A stretch of DNA of 64,000 bases from Verrucomicrobiota bacterium (GCA_047947115.1 CP170459.1:4128001-4192000); one strand, 5' to 3'. Counted from the first letter of the stretch, positions 10,468-21,489 are shown. The notes: generated by a model from the sequence alone, not told the origin. Program-made: numbers and translations.

Positions 10468-11823
10468 TCAAACATTCTCAGGCGTAGGGTGCACCCAGTC
10501 ACCTCTGTATTTTCGAGCCAAACGGTGATTCGCATCCTCATCGCCGATCACTCGACCATTTGCTTCATCCCATCTTAATTCCCTTCCCAGTTCCATTGAT
10601 ACATTGGCAAGGATACAGGATGCCGACGAAATATGACCTTCTTCAATATCCGCAACCGGCCGTTTTCCATGCAGTCGGGATTCGACAAAGTTGAGCAATT
10701 GTCTCCGATTGCCGGGTGCAGCAAAGATTTCGGTTTCCTTGTGTTGCAGGTCTTCAGGGTATTTGGCTCGCTCATCCTTGTAATCCTTGCGCACGGTGGG
10801 CGCATTCCCGTTGGGAATAAAGTCATAACGCCAGACACTCAATTTCAGGGTTCCTTTTTCACCATACACCGTAGCCGCCCAAGGATAATCAGGATCCGGA
10901 TTCGTGCCCCAATTTTTCTGAGTCCAAACTACCTGCAAGTCGTCGTAATCGAACAAAGCGGTTTGAGTGTCATGCACGTTCACCCCTGAATCGGGATCAC
11001 GCATCAGTATGCCACCAGTCGCTGAAATGCGTTTGGGCCATTTCAATCCCAGAAAATAACGAATCAGATCAAAGAAGTGCACGCAAAGATCTCCAGTTTG
11101 ACCATTGCTGAATTCTCTGCAGTTGCGCCAACGCCTCGGGTGAATGCCCTCATTAAAGTCACGCCACTCAGCAGGCCCGACAAAAGTATCCCAATCCAAA
11201 TGATCCGGAGGTGTGGACACGGCAGGGAAACGACTGCGGGAACCTCCGTAATAACTGTGGATATCCACGTAACCTATTTTCCCAAGTTTGCCGGAAAGAA
11301 TGTATTCATCCCGCGCCTCAAGCAGGTGCGGTGTGCTGCGCCGTTCCAGGCCAACCTGAACCGTTCGTCCATACTTGCGGGCAGCGGCCACCATGGCCTG
11401 CCCCTCGACCACGTCATAACTGATGGGCTTCTGCACGTAAACATCCGCTCCGGCCTTGCAGGCTTCCACCACCGGCAAACAATGCCAGTGATCAGGAGTT
11501 CCCACCAACACGATCTCAGGACTTTGTTCCTTGAGTAGTTTGCGGTAGTCGCCATAGGTGGGCGGACGTTTACCTGATTTCTGTCTTCCGGCAGTCAGTT
11601 CGGCAGCTTGAGCAACCATGTTTTGGTCCACATCGCATAGTCCCACAACTTCGACAGGTGCGACTTGCATCAAATGCAACAGATCGGTTTTGCCATACCA
11701 ACCGCAGCCAATCAATGCCACCCGTAAAGGCTTCTCAACGTCGGCGGCGAACAAGTTAGATTGCAGGGATGCCAATCCCATCGCTCCCCCTACTCCGGTC
11801 TGAATAAATTTTCTGCGATTCAT
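10468..11823 (-). CDS. Tat-exported Gfo/Idh/MocA family oxidoreductase
   Basis: MNRRKFI twin-arginine signal, VALIGCGWYG, TPDHWH, VYVQKP. Confidence 0.9.
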   Translation of the reverse strand: MNRRKFIQTGVGGAMGLASLQSNLFAADVEKPLRVALIGCGWYGKTDLLHLMQVAPVEVVGLCDVDQNMVAQAAELTAGRQKSGKRPPTYGDYRKLLKEQSPEIVLVGTPDHWHCLPVVEACKAGADVYVQKPISYDVVEGQAMVAAARKYGRTVQVGLERRSTPHLLEARDEYILSGKLGKIGYVDIHSYYGGSRSRFPAVSTPPDHLDWDTFVGPAEWRDFNEGIHPRRWRNCREFSNGQTGDLCVHFFDLIRYFLGLKWPKRISATGGILMRDPDSGVNVHDTQTALFDYDDLQVVWTQKNWGTNPDPDYPWAATVYGEKGTLKLSVWRYDFIPNGNAPTVRKDYKDERAKYPEDLQHKETEIFAAPGNRRQLLNFVESRLHGKRPVADIEEGHISSASCILANVSMELGRELRWDEANGRVIGDEDANHRLARKYRGDWVHPTPENV

Positions 11824-12006
11824 GTTATACGTGTTTGTATGGTGTTCAAATGATGCGTTTGAGTCTCATCCTAGCAATGCCCCTGCCCGGACACAATCAT
11901 CAATGATGGAATGCGTTTCTTCTGAATTCTTTGATGGACAATGGAGTTGATGATGGCTATTTGGTTGTCTTCAGTTCCCGAGATTACTTTTAAAATCATT
12001 AAAGCC

Positions 12007-12405
12007 ATGAGCAACGATCAAAAACCAAAAACAGGCACTATCGGTTGGACGGAAATTGTTACTCACAACCAGTCTGCAACTGACGCATTCTACACCCAAA
12101 TGTTTGGGTGGTCACAGGAACAAATGCAAATGCCTGATTGCCCTCCCTACACCATCTTCAAATCAGGCGAAGACCATGTGGCAGGATCTGTCACTCCGCC
12201 TGACGCCCCAGAAGCGCCCAGCACGTGGTTGACCTATATCAATGTGGAAGACCTGGACGCGGCCGTTGCCAAAGCAAGGGAATTGGGAGCTACCATACGC
12301 AAGGAGCGCGTGGATCTGCCGATGGGCAGCTTCGCTATCATCACCGACCCCCAGGGCGCAACCTTCGCCGTGTGGCAACCAACCGGTAGTTGTGATGAGG
12401 AGTGA
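12007..12405 (+). CDS. VOC/glyoxalase family protein
   Basis: WTEIVT..FYTQMFGW, WLTYINVEDLDAAV, IITDPQGATFAVWQ. Confidence 0.88.
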   Translation: MSNDQKPKTGTIGWTEIVTHNQSATDAFYTQMFGWSQEQMQMPDCPPYTIFKSGEDHVAGSVTPPDAPEAPSTWLTYINVEDLDAAVAKARELGATIRKERVDLPMGSFAIITDPQGATFAVWQPTGSCDEE

Positions 12406-12506
12406 TACTCGTGAAATCATAGTTCCATCCCGAACCAGTTTGATCAACGAACCGAATGACATCTGCGTTATTCCGGACAATCTGCGTTTCGATAAAAACA
12501 AGCGAC

Positions 12507-13725
12507 TCAATCTCCCCCGCCTGGTTTACTAATGCGCAACACCCCGGCGTGGTCTTTCTCCTTGTGCAACATGCCGGGAGGAAAGACGTGTAACGCTGTT
12601 GAGTGATGCATGTTCGTATAGCTCGGTATGTAAATGTTTTTTCGAGCCTTCTGAGCGATAAGTTCTTCTAACTGCTGATCGGTCAACAGAACACGAAAAT
12701 AACCCTCCTGATCGGGGACCACAGCGCCAGAAAAAGGGAGGTTGATCGAAACCTCGGCACCAGGCCAGGGAGACGGCTTTAGATCAGGGGGTGTTGTCTT
12801 CAAACAACAAACGCCCCCAATAATATTCGGGAGAGGATATGCTCAAAGGGTTGATGGCTTCCGGATCCTTTGTCAGCCTTTCGACGGGAAACCTCATGTC
12901 ATCCCGCGTGGGTTGTGTGAAGTCATTCCCCAAAGTCAGCGTGATGAAGGATGTTCCATCTTCCAACGATTTCATCTCTTCTACAGAGAATTGTGCACTG
13001 AACTTTCCCGTATTCTCTACCGAGGTCAGTCGCAGGGGCGCGACCTCATCTGTTTCCCACAAGCTCAGCCGCACCCTCATGGAGGTTACAAAATCGGATG
13101 CAGGGCTTCCATCGTCAAATTTTAATCCACCCCAATAATGGTCGCGTTCGGGCAGTTGTGCCGGACTTTTAATCTTTCCAGCGGAGGTTTTATCCTGAAC
13201 TACAATGTGATCCTCCCATTTCACAGCATCCAGCGTGGTGGTATCCGATTGTTGATAAATGGTCAGAGTAGGAGTGAGCGGAAGCCCCGTATCTTTTCCC
13301 TCTGCCAATTGCCGGCGTCCATACCAAAGCGCAATTCCGTCCACAACTTGCAAGGTGACATTGTAATCAATCTTTTCCTTTTTGAACGATGCACGTTGTG
13401 GGGCATCATCCGCGACCACCACCATGTGATCACGTAGTCGCGATTTTGAATACATCGCAATCAATTCCTCAATCTGGCGGGGTGTGGCACTGAAATAAAA
13501 AGTTTCATTGCCGTTGACCCAAATAGAGTAAACCCGTGATGGATGACGCAAGAGATCAACCAAGCCAACTGGCCAATCAGGTTGCGCAAAAGCATCGGGT
13601 TTCGGGCCAAATTGTTCTTCAGCCATCCCATGCACGTTGGGAAGCAGGCATAACACATTCAAACAGAGTGCAAGACCTGCCACAACATTTCTCAAAATAT
13701 GACAATAAGTGATTTTCACGATCAT
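12507..13725 (-). pseudogene. Secreted hypothetical protein apparently split by a frameshift in a C5 run near 12787-12791
   Basis: The signal-peptide ORF 12784..13725 ends GRLLFEDNTP* and the overlapping ORF 12507..12803 continues TPPDLKPSPWPGAEV in another frame across ACCCCCTGA. Confidence 0.6.
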
Positions 13726-13864
13726 TGATGAGACACTGGAGGTTTAGGATCATTAGAAATTTTTTCTGTCCAAAGTCAGATTCAGAAACCCAAATTCATT
13801 GACCAAACTCACTCCATCCCTGAAACTGTGCTCATCCCTAGAATGATTACCCGAAGGCACGCCA

Positions 13865-14320
13865 ATGCAGATACCCGAAAAACCGGTGATTCCGGACGAT
13901 CAGTTGATTGAACTCGCACGCGCCACCATGAAGGAGGCCAAGTTTCCCTTCTTGTCATCCATCGACGGCGATCAACCTCGCCTTCGGCCAATATCTCCTG
14001 TGCAAGTGGAGGGTTTCACTATCTATGTGGCCAATCTGAAGATTTATCACAAAACCGCGGAAATAGCCGCCAACCCGAAAGTCGAGCTTTGTTACATGGC
14101 CAGCAACCATGACCAGGTCCGCATCACGGGCATGGCCCATCATGTCACTGATCGTGAAACCATCACAGCACTCTGGGACACCAACCCGCTGCTTCGCAAA
14201 TACCTTGGATCCATTGAAAACCCTCAGCTTATCATCTATAAAATTACGCCAAGACGGGTGCGCTATATGAAGGAATGGGCATTGGAGTATTACGAGGTGC
14301 CGATAGACAAGCAGGATTAG
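13865..14320 (+). CDS. Pyridoxamine 5'-phosphate oxidase-like FMN-binding / general stress protein
   Basis: LSSIDGDQPRLRPI, KTAEIAANPKVELCY, QVRITG. Confidence 0.85.
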   Translation: MQIPEKPVIPDDQLIELARATMKEAKFPFLSSIDGDQPRLRPISPVQVEGFTIYVANLKIYHKTAEIAANPKVELCYMASNHDQVRITGMAHHVTDRETITALWDTNPLLRKYLGSIENPQLIIYKITPRRVRYMKEWALEYYEVPIDKQD

Positions 14321-14343
14321 CTCCTGCCAAAGGTCCTGAGCCG

Positions 14344-14466
14344 TATCACGTTTGCCTAAAGTAATTTCAGAAAAATCTTTGCGTCACCGCGCCCCCGGCC
14401 CATCGGGCATGAGAAAAAGAAGCATCATCGAGCCCTTGTGCGCAAATACTTTTGGCAATCAATATA
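14344..14466. mobile_element. 123-bp MITE-like repeat, copy A
   Basis: Colinear with 58198..58320; imperfect terminal inverted repeats TATCACGTTTGCCTAAAGT / ACTTTTGGCAATCAATATA. Confidence 0.75.
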
Positions 14467-14607
14467 ACAGCCTGCCATTTTCGGCGGGCAACCCTCGCTT
14501 TCTCCGACACAACGCCCCTGATCCAGTGAGATTTCCCTCAGCTCGTTGCTTCTGATATCAATCATACTCCGCGCCACCATGCCATAATCAGCTTGACCAA
14601 ATTGAAA

Positions 14608-14619
14608 ATTGTTAACAAT
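14608..14619. promoter_or_regulatory. Candidate GntR operator ATTGTTAACAAT
   Basis: Perfect 12-bp palindrome just downstream of TTGACC (14593-14598) and upstream of the GntR gene. Confidence 0.65.
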
Positions 14620-14652
14620 CTGCAATCAAGCTTTCACACCAGATAATTCATC

Positions 14653-15264
14653 ATGAGATCTCGATACCCGGAAATACAAACGGTTCATGAGCAGATCGCC
14701 GGGCACATCCGGTCGGACATTCTCGCCGGGACCTATCCGAGTGGCACTCCACTTCGTGAACAACCACTGGCCAAGAGATTCGGGGTCAGCCGTGGCCCAA
14801 TTCGCGAAGTGCTTCTCAAGCTCACCCAGGAAGGACTCCTTGTTTCGGAACCGAATTGCGGGGTCAAAGTCAGCACCAGCCCCAGCGAATGGCTCCAACC
14901 TTTGATCGTTCGACAACGTCTGGAAATCGAGATTTTTGCACTGCGAAAATCGATATCTGTCATTACAGCCGATGACATCAAGCACCTACATGAAAAACTG
15001 GAGGTTTTAAGCAATGCCTGCCGTCGGAAGGAATTTGGAACCATCGCGGAATGTGACATCGCGTTTCATCGCTATATGCTGGAATGCGCCGGAGAGGAAG
15101 ATTTGATTGCCATGTGGTTACCGCTCGTTACGAGGATGATTATGAATTATTCACGCCACACCGCCATGAGTCAGAGCATCGATGAACACAAGGAAATACT
15201 TCAGGCGATCAAGGAAAAGGATCTCGCTCGAGCAATCAGAGCTCTAAAGCAAAACATCCGCTAG
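14653..15264 (+). CDS. GntR family transcriptional regulator (FCD domain)
   Basis: LREQPLAKRFGVSRGPIREVL wHTH; DIAFH and SIDEHKEILQAI in the FCD domain. Confidence 0.93.
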   Translation: MRSRYPEIQTVHEQIAGHIRSDILAGTYPSGTPLREQPLAKRFGVSRGPIREVLLKLTQEGLLVSEPNCGVKVSTSPSEWLQPLIVRQRLEIEIFALRKSISVITADDIKHLHEKLEVLSNACRRKEFGTIAECDIAFHRYMLECAGEEDLIAMWLPLVTRMIMNYSRHTAMSQSIDEHKEILQAIKEKDLARAIRALKQNIR

Positions 15265-15295
15265 TTCCCGGCAATCACGTCATCCTTTACAAAAC

Positions 15296-18265
15296 ATGAA
15301 CCCAGCAACCGTCATCCGCCCTCACAAAACACCTTCACGGCTAATACAATGGTTGATTCCCCCTGATGCCATTTGCTTCGGCAGACATTACTCAGCCGTC
15401 GTCTCCATCTGTCTTACCGTGGGTCTTTTTTGCCACTTGGCTGCGAGAGCGAGTCAAAGTGCCGACCATGCCGAGATCGACCAGGTCTTTACTCTCAAAG
15501 TATTTCCCTTGTTGAAGGATAAATGTTTCGGCTGTCATGGGGATGATCCTGAGGAAATCAAGGGAAATCTCAATCTGACCACACGGGAGGGCATGCTTGC
15601 CGGAGGGGAGAATGAATCCGCGGCTCTGGTTCCCGGCAACTCAGCTCAAAGCCCCCTTTACTTGAGCGCCACCTGGGGGAATCCCGATTTGGAAATGCCT
15701 CCCAAAGAAAATGATCGTCTTAATCCGGAGCAACTTCAGTTGCTAAAAAACTGGATCGATCAAGGTGCTTCCTGGCCGGATGCATCCATTCAAAAGCAAA
15801 TCCGGGAAGCCCAGTGGAATGAACCCGAAAACGCCGATGGTATTCTGGTTAAAACAAGCGGGGGCACTTCAGATGCATGGACCTTCAGACGTTATCAACC
15901 GGAGGATTTATGGGCATTTCAACCGGTTGAAAAGCCCGCACTCCCTGAAACAAACGAAACGGCAGCCAATCCTGTCGACGCTTTTCTGGATCAAAAACGT
16001 CTGGAAAAAGGATTCGATCCTGCACCTGTAGCAAATGACCGCACTTTGGTCCGGAGGGTCTACTTCGATTTAATCGGTCTTCCCCCTACCCCGGCTGAAA
16101 TGAATCGCTGGTTGGATACATTTGCCAAATTTACCGACAAATCCATTCCCATGGGTTTGTTGGTGGATGAATTGCTGGCAAGTCCCCACTATGGTGAACG
16201 CTGGGCACAGCATTGGTTGGATGTGGCCCGATACGCCGACACGGGAGGCATGTCGAATGACTACGAACGCTCAAACGCCTGGCGGTATCGAGACTATGTC
16301 ATTCGAGCCTTCAACGATGACAAATCCTACGACCAGTTCATTGTCGAGCAACTTGCAGGGGATGAACTGGCGGATGCTTCCGTGCTAAAGCGACACAATG
16401 GCGACAGACCGAAAGTACAAAGCGCCCGACTGAAAGGTGAATATAACTCAGAAGAAGCCGAATGGATTGTAGCTACCAGCTTTCTGAGGATGGGTCCATG
16501 GGATAATGCCATGGTCAAGGCTCCCGAAGCTCGTCAGATGTATCTGGATGACGTGGTCAATGCGGTCGGACAAACCTTTCTGGCCACCACTCTCCGCTGT
16601 GTCAAATGCCACGATCACAAGTTCGATCCGATTCCGACACGCGATTATTACCGCATTTACGCAGCCTTCGCCGGAACCCACATGGCCGAACGTCATGTCC
16701 CCTTCACCTCTGAAGAAAATCTGAATGGATTTGAACCTGGCAAAAAAATGGTTCACACCATGCTGGACTTCGCCACCCGGGAAAAGCAACGTATTCTGAA
16801 CAAGCAGGAAGACGCAGCACGCGCCTGGTACAAAGCCCGCAACAAGGAATATCTCACCGAAGAGGATCGCAAGGATTTGCCGGACGAAGAAAAACCTCCG
16901 CGCATGGTGGGACTCAATCATGTGGAACAGGGACAACGCAAAGTTCGCGAACAAGACGAATGGATCTGGAAACGTCGACTGGAACGTTACCAACCCATGG
17001 TGCAAAGTGTCTACAATGCCAAAGAAGTCACCGTAGCATGGAATGCAGCCCGCAAGCTTCGAATCACTCCCCCCTTGCAGAGCGCCGAATTAGTATCCTA
17101 CATTTTACAGGGCGGCTCTTTAGCCGCGCCCGGGCCAAAGGTTCAACCTGGTGTGTTGAGCGCCATAAAATTACCGGTAAAAGGAGCCAGTCCGGATAAT
17201 CCCTATGTGATCGGGGAAAGTATTGATGGCCGTCGCCTGGTACTCGCAAAATGGATCGCAAATCCCGGCAACGCCTTGACGACCCGAGCCATCGTCAATC
17301 GCATATGGCAACATCATTTCAACAAGCCGCTCGCCGGCAATCCGAACAACTTCGGGGCCAAAGGAAAGAAGCCCACCCACCCGGATCTGCTGGATTGGCT
17401 TGCTTCCGATTTCGTGGAGCATGGATGGAAGATCAAACGAATGCATCGCCTGATCATGACCTCACGCGCATACCGGCAGTCGGGACAACATCCGGAACTG
17501 GAAAAACTGCGTGAAGCAGATCCCGATAATGCCCTTCTCGCTTACTATCCATCACGACGATTATCGGCGGAAGAACTGCGCGACAGCATGCTGCGCATCA
17601 CTGGCGAATGGAACCCAACCATGGGCGGGCTTCCCATCATGCCCGAAATGAACATGGAAGTGGCTTTGGCCCCCCGCATGATTCAATTCTCTCTGGCCCC
17701 CGCCTATCAACCCGCGCCCGTTCCCGAAGCGCGGCATCGGCGCAGCATTTATGCTTACCGGGTAAGAGGCTTGGCAGACCCGTTTCTGGAGGTGTTCAAT
17801 CAGCCCAACCCAAACGATTCCTGCGAGGCCCGAAATGCATCTTCGGTTTCTCCCCAGGCATTCACGTTGTTGAACAGTGATTTGACCAGTGACCGTTCCA
17901 TTGCCTTTGCCAGACGATTGGAAGAGGAATCAAATTCATTACCGGAACAAATTGACCGAGCCTTTCAACTGGCCTTGGGAAGAAGCCCCGAAACAGAGGA
18001 AATCAATCGCTTGTCGAGTTACATCAAAGACATGAACGAGTATCACAGCAAGCATACACCGAAGGCGGTTCACTACCCGAAACAGATCACACGCTCCTTG
18101 GTCGAGGAATTCTCCGGCAAACCATTTGAATACGAGGAAATCCTGCCGGCTTACGAGCATTATCAATCCAACCTCAAGCCATCGGATGTTGAACCTGCCA
18201 CCCGTGCGCTGGCCGACATGTGCCTGGTGCTTTTGAACGCCAACGAATTTGTCTACCTATATTGA
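15296..18265 (+). CDS. Planctomycete cytochrome c + DUF1549/DUF1553 (PSD1) protein
   Basis: CFGCH, CVKCHDHKFDP, SPHYGERWAQHWLDVARYAD, PTHPDLLDWLA, RRLSAEELRD. Confidence 0.9.
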   Translation: MNPATVIRPHKTPSRLIQWLIPPDAICFGRHYSAVVSICLTVGLFCHLAARASQSADHAEIDQVFTLKVFPLLKDKCFGCHGDDPEEIKGNLNLTTREGMLAGGENESAALVPGNSAQSPLYLSATWGNPDLEMPPKENDRLNPEQLQLLKNWIDQGASWPDASIQKQIREAQWNEPENADGILVKTSGGTSDAWTFRRYQPEDLWAFQPVEKPALPETNETAANPVDAFLDQKRLEKGFDPAPVANDRTLVRRVYFDLIGLPPTPAEMNRWLDTFAKFTDKSIPMGLLVDELLASPHYGERWAQHWLDVARYADTGGMSNDYERSNAWRYRDYVIRAFNDDKSYDQFIVEQLAGDELADASVLKRHNGDRPKVQSARLKGEYNSEEAEWIVATSFLRMGPWDNAMVKAPEARQMYLDDVVNAVGQTFLATTLRCVKCHDHKFDPIPTRDYYRIYAAFAGTHMAERHVPFTSEENLNGFEPGKKMVHTMLDFATREKQRILNKQEDAARAWYKARNKEYLTEEDRKDLPDEEKPPRMVGLNHVEQGQRKVREQDEWIWKRRLERYQPMVQSVYNAKEVTVAWNAARKLRITPPLQSAELVSYILQGGSLAAPGPKVQPGVLSAIKLPVKGASPDNPYVIGESIDGRRLVLAKWIANPGNALTTRAIVNRIWQHHFNKPLAGNPNNFGAKGKKPTHPDLLDWLASDFVEHGWKIKRMHRLIMTSRAYRQSGQHPELEKLREADPDNALLAYYPSRRLSAEELRDSMLRITGEWNPTMGGLPIMPEMNMEVALAPRMIQFSLAPAYQPAPVPEARHRRSIYAYRVRGLADPFLEVFNQPNPNDSCEARNASSVSPQAFTLLNSDLTSDRSIAFARRLEEESNSLPEQIDRAFQLALGRSPETEEINRLSSYIKDMNEYHSKHTPKAVHYPKQITRSLVEEFSGKPFEYEEILPAYEHYQSNLKPSDVEPATRALADMCLVLLNANEFVYLY

Positions 18266-18268
18266 ATC

Positions 18269-19693
18269 ATGAATCCTTTTAATGTTTGCCACCGTCCGAT
18301 ATCGACAGCCTGTTCACGCCGGGAGTTTTTGTTTGGATTGGGTTCCAGTCTGGGCTCGCTTGCCTTCAGTGAAATGTTGGCCAAAGACATGATTCAGCAC
18401 AAGGGACCGCTTTCCCCCAAACCACCGATGCATGCATCCAAAGCCAAGGCCTGTATCATGCTGTTCATGGAGGGCGGTCCTGGACACATGGACACATTCG
18501 ACCCCAAACCCAAGCTGCAAGCCCTCCATAAATCCGAATCCAAAAGCACTGCCGGGCTCGCGAGTGGTTACCGCTTTTTCGTGGGGAGCCCCTTTTCCTC
18601 TCGGAAAGTGGGGCAATCGGGACTGGACATGTGTGATCAATGGCAATACATGGCCGATCCGGAAGTGGCTGATGAACTCTGCAATTATCGTGGTTGCCAG
18701 GCCGAATCTCTCAATCATCCGGAAGCCCTGTTTCACATGAATACAGGCAGCAGACTCGGAGCCGATCCGGCCCTCGGTTCCTGGATCAACTATGGTTTGG
18801 GTTCCATGAACCAGAACCTTCCCGGATATGTGGTAATGACTGAACTGGCCATGCCGCAAGGTGGCCCCACGAATTGGAACAACGGTTTCCTTCCCACTCA
18901 CTATCAAGGCACCCGGCTTCGCCCGGAAGGAAGTCCCATTCTGGATCTCGCATCACAGAGTCACAAAAACCGAGAACACCTGAGGCGAACCCTGGACGAA
19001 CTTGCGTTTCTGAACAAAAAGCATGCCGCCTTTCACCCGGAACATCAGGAACTCTCCGCCCGTATGGAAAACTACGAACTCGCCTATCGCATGCAGATGG
19101 AAGTGCCGGATGTGATCGATCTGAAAGAAGAAACGGACGCCACACGGGAAATGTATGGATTGAACACACCTGAAACCGCCAACTTTGGCAAACAATGCCT
19201 CATGGCTCGGCGCCTGGTTGAGAAAGGAGTTCGCTTCGTGCAAATCTTCAGTGGAGGCTGGGACAGTCACGATTACCTGGAACGCGGTCACACATCTCGG
19301 ATCAAAAGTGTCGATCAACCCATGGCAGCCCTCATCAAAGATCTCAAACGCCGTGGCATGCTGGATGAAACACTTGTCATCTGGACGGGTGAATTCGGGC
19401 GCACACCGGACAACACCCGACGCGGAGGTGTTTACTCTCCTGGCAGAGGACATAACGTCGACGCGATGACCATGCTCCTGGCCGGTGGCGGCGTACGTAA
19501 AGGGTCCATTGTGGGTGCAACAGATGAAATTGGGGCCGAAGCCGTGGAGTGCGTGCACCCTATTCGAGATCTTCACGTCACACTTCTCCACCTGATGGGA
19601 TTGGATGACAACAAGCTCACATACTTCCATGCCGGGCGATTCAAACAGCTGAGTCAATTTGGAGGTAGGCTCATTAACGAATTACTTGCCTAA
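18269..19693 (+). CDS. DUF1501 domain protein with Tat signal
   Basis: SRREFL, FMEGGPGHMDTFDPKP, LMARRLVEKGVRFVQ, GEFGRTP. Confidence 0.9.
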   Translation: MNPFNVCHRPISTACSRREFLFGLGSSLGSLAFSEMLAKDMIQHKGPLSPKPPMHASKAKACIMLFMEGGPGHMDTFDPKPKLQALHKSESKSTAGLASGYRFFVGSPFSSRKVGQSGLDMCDQWQYMADPEVADELCNYRGCQAESLNHPEALFHMNTGSRLGADPALGSWINYGLGSMNQNLPGYVVMTELAMPQGGPTNWNNGFLPTHYQGTRLRPEGSPILDLASQSHKNREHLRRTLDELAFLNKKHAAFHPEHQELSARMENYELAYRMQMEVPDVIDLKEETDATREMYGLNTPETANFGKQCLMARRLVEKGVRFVQIFSGGWDSHDYLERGHTSRIKSVDQPMAALIKDLKRRGMLDETLVIWTGEFGRTPDNTRRGGVYSPGRGHNVDAMTMLLAGGGVRKGSIVGATDEIGAEAVECVHPIRDLHVTLLHLMGLDDNKLTYFHAGRFKQLSQFGGRLINELLA

Positions 19694-19780
19694 ACCATCA
19701 AGATTGCCTATAAGACGATCATCCAAAACCGCAAATCCAATCTGCCTGCATTGCGTACGTGAGCAAAAGGACAAACACTT

Positions 19781-21409
19781 ATGACAAAATCAAACACCCT
19801 CATAAAATTCGGAGGATTACTGATGGCGATGGCCACCGGTCACCTTGCAAGCGCCCAGGCGCTGGACCCTACAAAAACGCAAATGGCTCTTCCACTTCCC
19901 GAAGCACCTGTTATTGACGGTGTGTTGGATGATGGAGAGTGGATTTATGCAGGAGGCGCCGCCCAGAATTTCTGGCGTGTCAGTTTTGATGCAAATCAGG
20001 ACGACCTCTTTCGCGGTGGCGGCCCGGGTGATGGCAATCCTCTCGAACCCTTTGATGACACTGATTTGCAATACAATCTCTATGCAGGGATACACGGCAA
20101 TGATTTATACATCGCCGTGGAAGTCACCGACGACTGGATCAATACGGATGGCCCCGAGCCGGAATCCGAAAACGGACAAACCTGGACCGACGACAGTGTT
20201 GAAATATTCATTGACGGAGACAACAGCAATTTCGAAGAACGCAGTACCAACGGTGCGCCGGAAGTCATTGATACCGGGGGGCAATTCGTTATCACTGCCA
20301 ACAACGCCTATCGTCAGGCCGAGGCAGGAGATCCGGGTTATGGCCCCGCTGCCGCCTGGTATGCACGGACCGAATTGACGGACAATGGTTATGTGGCCGA
20401 ATTTCGAATTTCCCTGGATATCATCGGCAACCCCGAGCCCGGCAGCGCAATCGGGTTCACAGTCGGAGTCAATGATGACGACGAATTGGGTGATCCCGGC
20501 TCCGAACGTCAGATCCTTTGGGTAGGCACACCGCACACGGAATCCACCTACGGCAACCTGATCATCGGAGAACGCACCTACACCGCGCCCAAGACCTCGG
20601 CTCCGACAGTGGATGGCAATGTATCCGCCGACGAATATGCGGGGGCTGAGAAGATCGATCTGAACATGCACACCGGTTCCTATCATATCGGAGTCGGCAA
20701 CGACGAATGGGAGGACGGAGATCACAGTCTGCAAGCATGGGTGGTTCATGATGATGAAGCCGTTTATATCGGAATCATTGCCGTGGACGACATTATTTCC
20801 ACCGATTCGGCGGCAGCAGGCTCTGAAGATGGCCAAACCTGGATTGATGACAGTATCGAAATTTTCTTCGATGCCAATGACAGCAATGATCAAGGCAGAG
20901 ACCAGGCTTCCCTCTATGAAGGCCAGTATGTCATCACAGCCAATGGTGCACGGCGTGACAACGAAGCCAATAATCCAACATGGGGAGAAGACGCACACTG
21001 GTACGGTGCTGCCAAGGAAACATCGGACGGATATCAACTTGAGTTCAAAGTGACTAAAGAAGCACTGCTCGGAATACAGGATGGAGGGCGGATGGGTTTC
21101 AATATTGCCATGAATGATGATGACGGAGACGGTCGCAAATCCCAATTGAACTGGGCAGGCAACCCTCATCTGGAATTTTCGTATGGAGCCCTCATTCTTG
21201 GTCCTGCTTCTGAAGGCGGCAACCAAGGTGGCGGGGCTGCCAATGTGAGCATTTCCATTGCGGACAGTTCCATCACTTTGGAATGGGAAGGATCAGGATC
21301 GTTGGAAACGGCCGAGGTGGTTACCGGCCCCTGGAGCACGGTAGACGGAGCGGCCAGCGGCGTCAGCATTCCAGCAAACAACCAGCAGGCTTTCTATCGA
21401 GTTAGATAA
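19781..21409 (+). CDS. Secreted protein with tandem CBM9/DOMON-like sugar-binding domains and a C-terminal FYR domain
   Basis: Signal peptide; two repeats of P.IDG...LYIAV.V.DD...W.DDS.EIF.D...GF.....NDDD; ends QAFYRVR. Confidence 0.8.
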   Translation: MTKSNTLIKFGGLLMAMATGHLASAQALDPTKTQMALPLPEAPVIDGVLDDGEWIYAGGAAQNFWRVSFDANQDDLFRGGGPGDGNPLEPFDDTDLQYNLYAGIHGNDLYIAVEVTDDWINTDGPEPESENGQTWTDDSVEIFIDGDNSNFEERSTNGAPEVIDTGGQFVITANNAYRQAEAGDPGYGPAAAWYARTELTDNGYVAEFRISLDIIGNPEPGSAIGFTVGVNDDDELGDPGSERQILWVGTPHTESTYGNLIIGERTYTAPKTSAPTVDGNVSADEYAGAEKIDLNMHTGSYHIGVGNDEWEDGDHSLQAWVVHDDEAVYIGIIAVDDIISTDSAAAGSEDGQTWIDDSIEIFFDANDSNDQGRDQASLYEGQYVITANGARRDNEANNPTWGEDAHWYGAAKETSDGYQLEFKVTKEALLGIQDGGRMGFNIAMNDDDGDGRKSQLNWAGNPHLEFSYGALILGPASEGGNQGGGAANVSISIADSSITLEWEGSGSLETAEVVTGPWSTVDGAASGVSIPANNQQAFYRVR

Positions 21410-21436
21410 AAGCGAACAACATCTGCAACCAACGAC

Positions 21437-21473
21437 AAGGGGCGGGATTCACTCAATCAATCCCGCCCCTTTT
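21437..21473 (+). terminator. Intrinsic terminator
   Basis: AAGGGGCGGGATT...AATCCCGCCCCTT followed by a short T run. Confidence 0.8.
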
Positions 21474-21477
21474 GATT

Positions 21478-21489
21478 GCTGTCGACAAT
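21478..21489. promoter_or_regulatory. Candidate second GntR operator GCTGTCGACAAT
   Basis: TGTCGACA palindromic core resembling ATTGTTAACAAT; upstream of the ThuA gene. Confidence 0.45.

Noticed and set aside
12784..12786. Selenocysteine readthrough at TGA
   Set aside because: The continuation is in a different frame, so this is a frameshift and not readthrough.
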